A stretch of DNA of 64,000 bases from Deltaproteobacteria bacterium (GTDB lineage Bacteria; Desulfobacterota; Syntrophia; Syntrophales; JAIPED01). Every line of letters starts with the position of its first letter. The first letter of the stretch is position 1. A program made the position numbers and the translations under genes. The notes under the pieces were generated by a model. The model was not told the origin of the DNA, ran no database searches, and saw nothing but the letters and a program-made list of their open reading frames with translations. Positions 8,919 to 17,978 of the stretch are shown piece by piece. The stretch spans positions 206-64,205 of the forward strand of contig JAIPED010000001.1 of NCBI GenBank assembly GCA_021737325.1, given 5' to 3'.

Positions 8919-9871
8919 ACGAATTTCTACCCCAAAACACTCCGCTGGTATTTATGGGCACCCCCGAATTTTCCGCTTCCGTTTTACGGGCGTTAATTGC
9001 GGCGGGGTTTCCTCTTCGCGCCGTTGTTACCCGTGCCGATGCGCCCACAGGCAGGGGACAGATGTTAGTTGCGTCCCCCGTAAAAGCTGTCGCCGAGGAA
9101 CACGGCATTGCGGTAATCACACCCCAGCGCCTTGTTACCACTACGGCAGAGTATCTACGGGAACTCAACGCCAAACTGTTTGTCGTTGTCGCCTATGGCA
9201 AGATCCTCAAGGCGGATATCCTCAACATCCCCCCGCTTGGTTGCATTAATGTGCATCCCTCGCTCTTACCCCAATACCGAGGACCTGCGCCCGTTAACTG
9301 GGCTCTTTTTAACGGCGAGGAGAATAGCGGTATCTCCATCATGCGGATGGATGAGGGCATCGACACCGGCGATGTTGTTCTGCAAGAGGTGGTGCCAATC
9401 TTGCCCGACGATGACTACGGCTCGCTTTTAGCCCGTTACGCTACCCTAGCGGGAAGCATGCTCATACGAGCAATTACCCTAATCGCCACTGGTAAGGCGC
9501 ATTATCTCCCGCAGGATGATCGCCAAGCAACCTACGCACCGCTGATTACTAAGGAGCTAGGACAGATTGATTGGGCGCTACCCGTAAAGAGAATCGCCAA
9601 TTTGGTCCGTGGACTATCCCCAAACCCCGCGGCATATACCTTTATTGATGGCAGGCGCTGGAATGTCTATGTGGCGGGGTTTCAAGAAATCAACCACGGA
9701 GAACCTGTTGGCAAAATTATGCCACTAACTGCCGCGGGGCTACCCATTGCCGCAATTGATGGATTCGTCTTGCTACGAGAGGTACAGGTGGCAAATAAAA
9801 AACGCCTGCCGGTGCGCGATTTACTGAACGGCTACAAAATCGTCAGCAACTTTGTGGATGGCAAGCCGTAG
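8915..9871 (+). CDS. fmt: methionyl-tRNA formyltransferase
   Basis: VFMGTPEFSA..., INVHPSLLPQYRGPAPVNWAL, and the C-terminal Fmt domain. Confidence 0.9.
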   Translation: MNEFLPQNTPLVFMGTPEFSASVLRALIAAGFPLRAVVTRADAPTGRGQMLVASPVKAVAEEHGIAVITPQRLVTTTAEYLRELNAKLFVVVAYGKILKADILNIPPLGCINVHPSLLPQYRGPAPVNWALFNGEENSGISIMRMDEGIDTGDVVLQEVVPILPDDDYGSLLARYATLAGSMLIRAITLIATGKAHYLPQDDRQATYAPLITKELGQIDWALPVKRIANLVRGLSPNPAAYTFIDGRRWNVYVAGFQEINHGEPVGKIMPLTAAGLPIAAIDGFVLLREVQVANKKRLPVRDLLNGYKIVSNFVDGKP

Positions 9872-9905
9872 GGCTACAAATCCAATAGCGCCGAGAAGAA
9901 AGAAG

Positions 9906-10652
9906 ATGCGCACACACTACCTACAACATGTTCCCTTCGAAGGTTTAGGCAGCATTGCCCCTAGGCTCCAACTTTGGGGCGATACGATAACTGGATCCCG
10001 ACTTTTTGCTGGCGAGCGCTTACCCGTAGTAACAGAATTTGATTTTCTGATAATCGTTGGAGGCTCTATGAGCGTCAACGACGAGGAGAAGTTCCCTTGG
10101 CTGGTACAGGAAAAACACCTCATTCGTGAGGCAATTGAAGCCGGTAAATCGGTGCTCGGCATTTGTTTAGGCGCCCAACTCATCGCCAGCGCCCTGCACG
10201 CCAGGGTTTTTCGCCAGGCAAAAAAAGAGATTGGCTGGTTCCCCATACAGGGAACTAGCCACGACGAAGCTATTGCCGCCAGTACGGGGCTTTTTCACTT
10301 CCCCGCAACAGAAACGGTATTCCATTGGCACGGAGAAACCTTTGAGCTTCCCACGGGGGCACAGAGGCTCGCTAGTAGCAGGGCTTGTGCCAACCAAGCG
10401 TTTCAACTGGGTCAGCGCGTTATCGGGCTTCAGTTCCATCTGGAAGCAACGGCTTCAACGGTTCAGGAGATTATTGCCAACTGTGGGGAGGAATTGGTTG
10501 CTGCGGAGTATGTCCAAACTGCAACGACAATCCTTGCCGCCAGCCAAGATCGCTACCAAAAAATAAATAGCCTCATGGATGCTATCTTGGAATTTCTCCG
10601 CCGTCCCTCTGATGTTGTTTGGGATGCTGCAATACCGTCGCGGCAAGAATAA
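9906..10652 (+). CDS. class I glutamine amidotransferase-like protein
   Basis: GATase1 nucleophile elbow LGICLGAQLIA, then HWHGETF. Start moved to ATG 9906 (MRTHYLQH). Confidence 0.75.
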   Translation: MRTHYLQHVPFEGLGSIAPRLQLWGDTITGSRLFAGERLPVVTEFDFLIIVGGSMSVNDEEKFPWLVQEKHLIREAIEAGKSVLGICLGAQLIASALHARVFRQAKKEIGWFPIQGTSHDEAIAASTGLFHFPATETVFHWHGETFELPTGAQRLASSRACANQAFQLGQRVIGLQFHLEATASTVQEIIANCGEELVAAEYVQTATTILAASQDRYQKINSLMDAILEFLRRPSDVVWDAAIPSRQE

Positions 10653-10669
10653 CAACGCCAGCAGTACGA

Positions 10670-11944
10670 TTACTTCCCCATCTTAATCGCACAGAGATCG
10701 CCGCACATTGTACAACCCTCTTTTTGTGCGCTATCGCTCGTTTCCAAAAGCTCCCTCGCCTTGGCGGGGTCAAGGGAAACGCTGATCTGCCCTTCCCAAT
10801 CAAACACCTTGCGAAAATGCGCCATTTTATCGTCCCGCTCCCTGGCGTTGGGAACACCCTTGGCAATATCAGCGATATGCGCGGCAATTTTGGCGGCAAC
10901 AACACCATCGCGAACATCCTGCAAGAGAGGAAGGCGCAGATGTTCGGCAGGGGTTACATAACAGAGAAAATCCGCACCGGCTGACGCCGCTATTGCCCCG
11001 CCAATCGCGGAGGTAATATGGTCGTAGCCAGGAGCAATATCAGTTGGTAGCGGTCCTAAAACATAGAATGGCGCACCATCGCATAGCTGCTTTTGCAAGA
11101 TGATGTTCGCTTCAATATCCCGTAGGGGCACATGTCCAGGACCTTCAATCATCGCCATTACTCCCCGCGCCCGCGCCCGTCGCGCCAATTCACCCAGTAA
11201 CGCTAACTCTTCTATCTGCCCCCTATCCGTGGCATCAGCAAGGCAACCAGGCCTTAAGCCATCGCCCAACGATAGCGTCATATCAAAGTGATAAGCGATA
11301 TCCAGCAGACGGTCGAATTGTTCGTAGAGGGGGTTTTCGCGCTGGTGATGACGCATCCAATTCGCGGTGATGGAGCCACCACGGCTAACAATCCCCAGTT
11401 TACGATTGTCAGTGGTGGCAAGGCTGGCGGTGTGTTGGGTAACGCCGCAGTGGACGGTGATAAAATCAACACCATCCTCGCCATGATCGGCTATCGCTTG
11501 AAAAAGATCATCCGCCGTCATCTCCAAGAGGCTTTTTCCCGCGCCCAAAAGCAGGGAAACAACTTGATAAATCGGCACGGTGCCAATGGCAACGGAAGAG
11601 GCGGCGATTATGTTCTGCCGTATTTGGCGTAAATCCCCACCCGTGGAAAGATCCATAATGGCATCGGCGCCAACCTCAATGGCAACCCGCATCTTTTCCA
11701 ACTCTTTTTCCCAGTCTAACCGATCGCGGGAGGTGCCGATGTTGGCATTGACCTTCGTCCTTAAACCTTTGCCAATGGCAAGCGGCGCGATAGCCTGATG
11801 CCTATTGTTCTTGGTAAGGACAATCGTGCCCTTGGCAATGCCTTCTCTGATATACTCTGCACTAACGCCTTCGGCTTTAGCGCACAATTCCATATCCGCA
11901 GTTATTCTGCCCGCAAGGGCCTGTTGTAGTGTCGTCATTGTCAT
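10670..11944 (-). CDS. thiC: phosphomethylpyrimidine synthase ThiC (short form)
   Basis: 424 aa with ...DLSTGG..., FITVHCG and a C-terminal CTMCGDLCA cluster motif. Confidence 0.92.
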   Translation of the reverse strand: MTMTTLQQALAGRITADMELCAKAEGVSAEYIREGIAKGTIVLTKNNRHQAIAPLAIGKGLRTKVNANIGTSRDRLDWEKELEKMRVAIEVGADAIMDLSTGGDLRQIRQNIIAASSVAIGTVPIYQVVSLLLGAGKSLLEMTADDLFQAIADHGEDGVDFITVHCGVTQHTASLATTDNRKLGIVSRGGSITANWMRHHQRENPLYEQFDRLLDIAYHFDMTLSLGDGLRPGCLADATDRGQIEELALLGELARRARARGVMAMIEGPGHVPLRDIEANIILQKQLCDGAPFYVLGPLPTDIAPGYDHITSAIGGAIAASAGADFLCYVTPAEHLRLPLLQDVRDGVVAAKIAAHIADIAKGVPNARERDDKMAHFRKVFDWEGQISVSLDPAKARELLETSDSAQKEGCTMCGDLCAIKMGK

Positions 11945-11958
11945 CCTTCCTTTCCTTT

Positions 11959-12711
11959 TTACGAAACATCCCCAGCAATTAGCCTGCCTCGGACAAAGTT
12001 TTTCGCCAATTCCACCGCTGTGGCTAGCCCTTCGCCACGGGCCAGAAAACAGGCCAAGGCGCTAGCAAAAGCACAACCCGTTCCATGATTGTTGGCAGCA
12101 GCGATAAAGGGCGCGGAAAAAATCTGAAATTCTTTCCCGTCAAACAGGATATCCACCGCATAATCGCCCGCCCAATGCCCGCCGGTTAAAACAACCTTTT
12201 GGGCCCCTTGTCCTCGTAACTTCACCATTGCTTCTCTGGCTTCAGGAAGGGAAGTTATCTGCAAGCCCGTTAACACCTCCGCTTCGGGAATGTTGGGCGT
12301 TATCACCCAGGCCAGAGGCAAAAGCTCCTGCTGCAAGGCTTGCACCCCTTCAAGGGAAAGCAAGCGCGTACCCGAAGTGGAAACCATCACGGGATCAACC
12401 ACCAGCAATTCCTGTGCATGATGTTTGAGCTGCTTGGCGACGGCGCTCACAATCTCCGCCGTTCCTAGCATTCCTGTTTTTACCGCCACTGCTTTTTCTG
12501 CGGCAAACACCGCCTCTAGTTGTTGGCGCACAAAGTCAGCAGGGAGGATTTGCATTGCCACGATGCCGTCTTTATTCTGCGCGGTAAGCGCGGTGAGGAC
12601 CCCCTGCGCGTAACCGCCTAATAGTGTTATTGTGCGAATATCCGTCTGCATCCCCGCCCCACCCGAAGGGTCGGAGCCCGCAATGCTTAATACCCTTGGT
12701 TCCGCTACCAT
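11959..12711 (-). CDS. thiD: hydroxymethylpyrimidine/phosphomethylpyrimidine kinase
   Basis: VLSIAGSDPSGGAGMQTDI and the C-terminal GTGCAFASA motif. Confidence 0.9.
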   Translation of the reverse strand: MVAEPRVLSIAGSDPSGGAGMQTDIRTITLLGGYAQGVLTALTAQNKDGIVAMQILPADFVRQQLEAVFAAEKAVAVKTGMLGTAEIVSAVAKQLKHHAQELLVVDPVMVSTSGTRLLSLEGVQALQQELLPLAWVITPNIPEAEVLTGLQITSLPEAREAMVKLRGQGAQKVVLTGGHWAGDYAVDILFDGKEFQIFSAPFIAAANNHGTGCAFASALACFLARGEGLATAVELAKNFVRGRLIAGDVS

Positions 12712-13358
12712 AGCGGATCCTTGAAGTGTTGAACCACCAATAACTGCCCATGACGGATAGAGACAACACCCTGCGTACCTATTAGTCTATTACTAATGCC
12801 AATTGGTTCATCCGTCTTTAAGGCACCGTTGAGCAACTCATACTCAAAACCAGAAAGGGTAACCCCCTGTGCGCTGCCTCCGAAGGGCAAGAAAGAAACC
12901 AACTGGCCGGGAAATCCTTGGATTTGCCGATTTGCCGAAACGACAAAAAGCTCGCAATCGTCCTCCACAATCCGTAGCATGGTCCCCGCGGTTTTACTGC
13001 CCAGCAGGGCAATATTTGCCAACGCATGGTCGATCCTTCCGCCTAGTGCTCCGTAGATGCTAATCCTCTTAGGCTTGAGCAAGAGTGCAGCTTGCAGACT
13101 TAGGGCGGTATCGCTTTGGTCTTTATGAGAAGGGTGGCGCTCAATATCCGCTCCTTTTTTAGTAAAAACATCAAGCATCTCGGCGGAAATGGAATCCATG
13201 TCTCCCACAATAAGATCAGGAACTAGTTTGCCACCAGCTAGGTGATTAGCGCCCTTATCGGCACAAATGACCGTTGCCTTTTGTCCCATCAGAAAGGGAA
13301 TAAATCGTTCCTTATTACGAATCTCGCCGCCAGAAATGAGCGCAACTTCTCTAGCCAT
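12705..13358 (-). CDS. thiamine pyrophosphokinase
   Basis: VALISGGEI..., ICADKGANHL, PDLIVGDMDS, GALGGRIDHALANI. Start at ATG 13358 overlaps the tatD stop by 8 nt. Confidence 0.8.
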   Translation of the reverse strand: MAREVALISGGEIRNKERFIPFLMGQKATVICADKGANHLAGGKLVPDLIVGDMDSISAEMLDVFTKKGADIERHPSHKDQSDTALSLQAALLLKPKRISIYGALGGRIDHALANIALLGSKTAGTMLRIVEDDCELFVVSANRQIQGFPGQLVSFLPFGGSAQGVTLSGFEYELLNGALKTDEPIGISNRLIGTQGVVSIRHGQLLVVQHFKDPLW

Positions 13359-14142
13359 CTTGAGAACCTTCCTCCCGTAAACTAATTCCAAAGAGTTTTT
13401 CCGCGTTGGCGGTGGTGGTCAAAGCCACCTCTGCTACTGTTATGCCTTTTATTTCTGCCAGAGCTTGTGCCACCAAGCTAACATAGGCTGGCTCGTTGCG
13501 CTTCCCGCGATGTGGCCTTGGCGTCAAAAAAGGACAATCGGTTTCAATTAACAATCGTGATAACGGTACAAACTCCACCACCTCGCGCAATTCTTGCGCC
13601 TTGGGAAAGGTTACTACCCCCGTAATGGAGATGTAGAAACCTTCATCAAGGCACTGGCGGGCAAAAGCAACATCTCCCGAAAAACAATGAAAAACACCAC
13701 CGCGACGGTGGGGAGAAGACCGAATAATTGCCAATGTCTCCGCATGAGCATCGCGGTCATGGATGACAACGGGCAACCCCAACCGCGCTGCGATTGCCAA
13801 TTGCTCGGCAAACCTCTCCCGCTGAACGGCACGGGGGGAAAGGTCATGGAAAAAATCTAAACCAATTTCGCCATAGGCAACGACCTTGGCAGATTGCGCC
13901 AGCTCTTCTAACTGCGGATAGGTAGCGGCAACGATGCTCTGCGCATCATGGGGATGAACCCCCACCGTGGCATAGATGCACGGATATTCCTGCGCCAATT
14001 GTACCGCCCTTGCCGAATCGGAAAGGTTCAAGCCCACACAGATGATCGCACCAACACTACAACCCTGGGCACGAGCAACAACCTCCCCTAAATCGGAAGT
14101 AAAATCGGACATTTCTATATGAGAATGGGTATCGACTAACAC
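13351..14142 (-). CDS. tatD: TatD-family metal-dependent hydrolase
   Basis: LVDTHSHIE, GEIGLDF, VIHDRDAH, ETDCPFL. Confidence 0.9.
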   Translation of the reverse strand: MLVDTHSHIEMSDFTSDLGEVVARAQGCSVGAIICVGLNLSDSARAVQLAQEYPCIYATVGVHPHDAQSIVAATYPQLEELAQSAKVVAYGEIGLDFFHDLSPRAVQRERFAEQLAIAARLGLPVVIHDRDAHAETLAIIRSSPHRRGGVFHCFSGDVAFARQCLDEGFYISITGVVTFPKAQELREVVEFVPLSRLLIETDCPFLTPRPHRGKRNEPAYVSLVAQALAEIKGITVAEVALTTTANAEKLFGISLREEGSQDG

Positions 14143-14339
14143 TCTTCGGTGGATTCTTCTTCTGGTAAATCCTCTTCCAAGACCGTTTCCATCACGGCGG
14201 CCTCTGAAGCTAAATCTGGGAGAGAACGGAGATGTTCGGAAAGTTCTTTCTTGCTGACACTAACCGCCAAAAACGATTTTTGTAGCACCCTCTTATCAAA
14301 ATTTTCTTTGGGTAACTCCGAAGCAATTTTTGTTGCCAT
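14136..14339 (-). CDS. small conserved-looking hypothetical protein (67 aa)
   Basis: ATG 14339 is preceded by aagagaggaaaatgt (RBS). The 7-nt overlap with tatD suggests it is the first gene of the operon. It has an acidic tail. Function unknown. Confidence 0.45.
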   Translation of the reverse strand: MATKIASELPKENFDKRVLQKSFLAVSVSKKELSEHLRSLPDLASEAAVMETVLEEDLPEEESTEEC

Positions 14340-14707
14340 ACATTTTCCTCTCTTGGTGAATTCCGGTTGGGCGCGGAGGTGTAACATCAAACATCTTTTG
14401 TTGGTCAATGTTTTTTTGTTCTCCCGCCTTCTCGCAGGGGAGTGGTTTTAGCGTTTTCTGTTGCCGCAAAAGGTAAGCATCGCCGTGATTTTAGCGTTGA
14501 TGACGCCCCACTCCCCCCCACGACTTTTCGTTTCCTTGCGAAAAGCCTCCATGGTTGCCATTGTTAAGATGAGGGGAGAAAAGAAAGGCAGCGAGGCAAA
14601 AACTACGAGCAAAGAACATAAAAAACGCCGGAGCCGGAGAAAGCAATAACGGCGTTGACTTAAGCCGTGGCAATGATTTACCTCTATTCCCAGAGAGGGG
14701 CGGATAA

Positions 14708-15172
14708 ATGAAAACCGTTGTGATTCATACCGATGGCGCCTGTTCGGGAAACCCTGGACCTGGGGGATATGCCGCAGTGCTAAAATACGCCACAAATTGC
14801 AAGGAGGTGGTGGGTGGGTTTAGGCTAACGACCAACAACCGCATGGAGTTGTTTGCCGCGATTGCCGCGTTAAAAGTATTAAAAGAGCCTTGCACCGTTT
14901 CCCTAGTTACCGATTCGCAATACCTCTACAATAGCATGGTTAAGCGCTGGGTGGATAACTGGCAACAGAAAAATTGGCAAAGAGGGGGGAGAAAAATCCC
15001 CAATAGCGACCTTTGGCAAGAATTGCTCCAACTCTCAGCAAAACACAGCATCACCTGGGAATGGGTGCGCGGACATAGCGAAAATGCCGAAAACGAGCGT
15101 TGCGATCGGCTAGCGCGAGAAGCCATTAAGCAGGGAAACCTCCCAGCCGATACGGGCTACGAAACCCCCTAA
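14708..15172 (+). CDS. rnhA: ribonuclease HI
   Basis: IHTDGACSGNPGPGGYA, ...TNNRMEL..., WVRGHSENAENERCD. Confidence 0.92.
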   Translation: MKTVVIHTDGACSGNPGPGGYAAVLKYATNCKEVVGGFRLTTNNRMELFAAIAALKVLKEPCTVSLVTDSQYLYNSMVKRWVDNWQQKNWQRGGRKIPNSDLWQELLQLSAKHSITWEWVRGHSENAENERCDRLAREAIKQGNLPADTGYETP

Positions 15173-15189
15173 AATCCCCGAGGCGAAGC

Positions 15190-15981
15190 ATGGCGGCAAA
15201 AAAGCGCAGGAACAAGGTTTTGTTGTTTTTTCAGTTGCTCCTGCTGGGCATTATCGCCTTCGTGGCGGTATCGTTTTTTTACCCCAATGTTTCCCGCTTG
15301 CAGCATCAAAACCCGCTGAAAACCTCTTTTATGGAACAGCGCGAACAGGACTGGCGCGCTAAGGGAATCCACCGCGAAGCGCGGGTGGTTTTTGTTCCCC
15401 TCCGAGAAATATCACCCGTAACTGTCAAGGCGATCCTCATCGCCGAGGATGCCAATTTTTGGGAACATGACGGTTTTGATTTTGATGCCATCGCCAAGGC
15501 GTTCACCAAAAATCTTCGCCAAAGAAAGTTCGCCGCAGGAGGATCAACCATTAGCCAGCAACTGGCAAAAAACCTCTTTTTATCGCCCGCCAAAAACCCT
15601 ATCCGTAAAATCAGAGAGGCCATTCTCACTTGGCGTATTGAAAGGAACCTTTCCAAACGGCGCATTGTAGAGCTATATTTGAATTATGCCGAATGGGGCA
15701 ACGGCATCTTTGGCATTGAACGAGCTTCGCACCACCACTTCAACAAATCGGCAAGGGAGTTAACGGCGCAGGAAGCGGCAATGCTGGCGGCAATTTTACC
15801 TAACCCCCGTCGTCCTCTTGGCCATTCGGCCGCAAAGCGGGCAGAGCGGATCTATCGCATCATGAAGTTGCGGGGAATTGTCATTGAGGATTTTGACGAT
15901 GTGAATAACTCCCAGAGCACCGAGCAACAAGAAGATGAACAGCAATCTGAGGAAGGAGAACAACAGGAACAACAAAACTAG
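15190..15981 (+). CDS. mtgA: monofunctional biosynthetic peptidoglycan transglycosylase
   Basis: GT51 motifs AILIAEDANFWEHDGFD, GGSTISQQLAKNLF and RKIREA. Unusual Q/E-rich C-terminal tail. Confidence 0.88.
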   Translation: MAAKKRRNKVLLFFQLLLLGIIAFVAVSFFYPNVSRLQHQNPLKTSFMEQREQDWRAKGIHREARVVFVPLREISPVTVKAILIAEDANFWEHDGFDFDAIAKAFTKNLRQRKFAAGGSTISQQLAKNLFLSPAKNPIRKIREAILTWRIERNLSKRRIVELYLNYAEWGNGIFGIERASHHHFNKSARELTAQEAAMLAAILPNPRRPLGHSAAKRAERIYRIMKLRGIVIEDFDDVNNSQSTEQQEDEQQSEEGEQQEQQN

Positions 15982-15984
15982 CGA

Positions 15985-16710
15985 TTATTCCCCGCTTTGA
16001 GCGCCAAGGAAATGCCCAATTGCTTCCCCGATCAATAAACCCCGATCAATAAAATCAGGACCATAGGCTTTACCTGTGAGACTGCGAAATGATCCCCGCA
16101 CCCTGCGGACACCCGCCATGCCGCGTTCCCAGTTTTCATGGAGCTTTTTAAGGCTGATTTCTCTAAGTGCGAGCATCTCCCAGAGGGTTGAAGTGAAATT
16201 CTCCGGCCCCCAGAGAAACTTATCGGCATCGTAAAGAGCGTTAGCCAGAAGGGATTTATCGCCAATTGCCGCCCAGCGCTCTTCCTGAAAGGCTTCATGA
16301 ACCGCAATGGCGTTCGCAACCCGTTCACAAAAATCCACATCCAGGGGGAAATCCGCCAACAGCAACCGCGCCCGTTGCGCCCCTAATAAGGCGTGATCCT
16401 GCTGGTTACGGCAGATGTCGTGCAACAAACCGGCTACCAGCGCCATGATAACTTCATCCGCATTGCCATCATCACAAATAACTATCGCGGCGGCAAAAAG
16501 CGCTACGCTCTGGGCATGTTTGATGCCGTGCCCAACAGCAAGGCTTTCCTTGCCCAGCAACGCAAACACCCGCTGTACCAGTTCATTGCGGGCAAAAACC
16601 TCTTCCGCTTGCCGTAACTCTTGGTGGCGTTCGTGAAAAAACTGCGGCTCACCAACGCGCTTCGCCGCGGAAAATGCCGCTTCCATCACCCGCTGAAAAT
16701 CGCGGTTCAT
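15985..16710 (-). CDS. HD-domain protein
   Basis: HGIKHAQSV ... LLHDICR (H...HD pattern). Start taken at ATG 16710. Confidence 0.65.
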   Translation of the reverse strand: MNRDFQRVMEAAFSAAKRVGEPQFFHERHQELRQAEEVFARNELVQRVFALLGKESLAVGHGIKHAQSVALFAAAIVICDDGNADEVIMALVAGLLHDICRNQQDHALLGAQRARLLLADFPLDVDFCERVANAIAVHEAFQEERWAAIGDKSLLANALYDADKFLWGPENFTSTLWEMLALREISLKKLHENWERGMAGVRRVRGSFRSLTGKAYGPDFIDRGLLIGEAIGHFLGAQSGE

Positions 16711-16714
16711 ACTA

Positions 16715-17398
16715 TCACTTCGGGGGCCTCTCACCAAAGATACCTCTACCGATACGGATAATGGTTGCCCCTGCCGCTATCGCTTCTTCATAATCATCGG
16801 ACATTCCCATGGATAGCTCATCCAACGGCGCGTTGGAAAGATTGAGCAAACGCAACTCGCAGGCTAAATCTCTTAACCTGCCGAAGTATTTTGCCGAGCC
16901 GTCGGGAGGGGGAATCGCCATCAAACCCCGAACGCGGACATTTTCCCAATCCGCCATCGCGCTTAAGAGCTCCCCCGCCTCTCCTGGAGCAAGACCTTGC
17001 TTACTCTCCTCCGCCCCGAGATTTATTTCTAGAAGCACATCCTGCACCTTGCCCAGGCTTCGCGCCCGTTTGTTGATTTCGCGGGCCAGTTCAATCTTAC
17101 CAACCGAATGGATCATGTCAAACATGGCCACGGCGTGCTTGGCCTTGTTAGTTTGCAAATGCCCGATAAAATGTAGCGCGGGCGCGGTGCTGATGGTGCC
17201 GAATTTGTTTTGCGCCTCCTGCAGATAATTTTCCCCGATGGCATCAATCCCTGCCAAGACGGCTTGGGCAATTTTATCTGTCGTAACGGATTTGGTAACC
17301 GCCATTAACCGTACCGCACCAGGGTTGCGTCCCGCACGGGACAGCGCTAACGCCATCTTGGCACGGATGTGGGCGATATTTTGTGCTATTTCTGTCAT
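16715..17398 (-). CDS. yggS: YggS-family pyridoxal-phosphate homeostasis protein
   Basis: LMAVTKSV..., IGENYLQEA, HFIGHLQTNK, LSMGMSDDYE. Confidence 0.9.
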   Translation of the reverse strand: MTEIAQNIAHIRAKMALALSRAGRNPGAVRLMAVTKSVTTDKIAQAVLAGIDAIGENYLQEAQNKFGTISTAPALHFIGHLQTNKAKHAVAMFDMIHSVGKIELAREINKRARSLGKVQDVLLEINLGAEESKQGLAPGEAGELLSAMADWENVRVRGLMAIPPPDGSAKYFGRLRDLACELRLLNLSNAPLDELSMGMSDDYEEAIAAGATIIRIGRGIFGERPPK

Positions 17399-17402
17399 TT
17401 TT

Positions 17403-17978
17403 CTATCCGCTAAATTGGATTGCGCCTAATGCTAACAAGGTTGCCACAACTTCACTCAAGGGCAAACCGATAACACCCGTGTAGGAACCGCTAATGGCGC
17501 TGATAAACGCCGCACCCGCTCCTTGCAGGGCATATCCACCCGCCTTGTCATAGGGCTCGGCGCCGCTGGTATAGTTATCAATCTCGGCCGCCCCCAAGGG
17601 GCGAAATGTTACCAGAGAGGAGACACATTGTACTACCCGTAAATCTTCCTTAATAACGGCAAAACCCGTATGCACCGCATGAGTTCTGCCACTAAGCGCT
17701 TGGAGCATGGACACCGCTTCGTGCTTGGCGGCGGGTTTTCCCAAAATTTTATTATCAACAACCACCACCGTATCGGCACCAAGCACCCATGATTGCGGCT
17801 GTGCTACCTTCTGCGCCTTTTCTGCGGCAAGGCGAGCAACCAGCGCTTGCGGGGTTTCTTGTTCTTTCCTCGTTTCATCAATGTCGGCGGCGATGATGGC
17901 AAACTCAAAACCCAGCAACTCCAACAGCTCCTTCCTGCGAGGAGAAGCCGATGCAAGGATAATTTTTGCCGTGGGCAT
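17403..17978 (-). CDS. maf: Maf-family nucleoside-triphosphate pyrophosphatase
   Basis: IILASASPRRKELL and the GAEPYDKAGGYALQG motif. Start set at ATG 17978, which forms a TAATG overlap with the upstream stop. The ORF track extends to 18008. Confidence 0.85.
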   Translation of the reverse strand: MPTAKIILASASPRRKELLELLGFEFAIIAADIDETRKEQETPQALVARLAAEKAQKVAQPQSWVLGADTVVVVDNKILGKPAAKHEAVSMLQALSGRTHAVHTGFAVIKEDLRVVQCVSSLVTFRPLGAAEIDNYTSGAEPYDKAGGYALQGAGAAFISAISGSYTGVIGLPLSEVVATLLALGAIQFSG

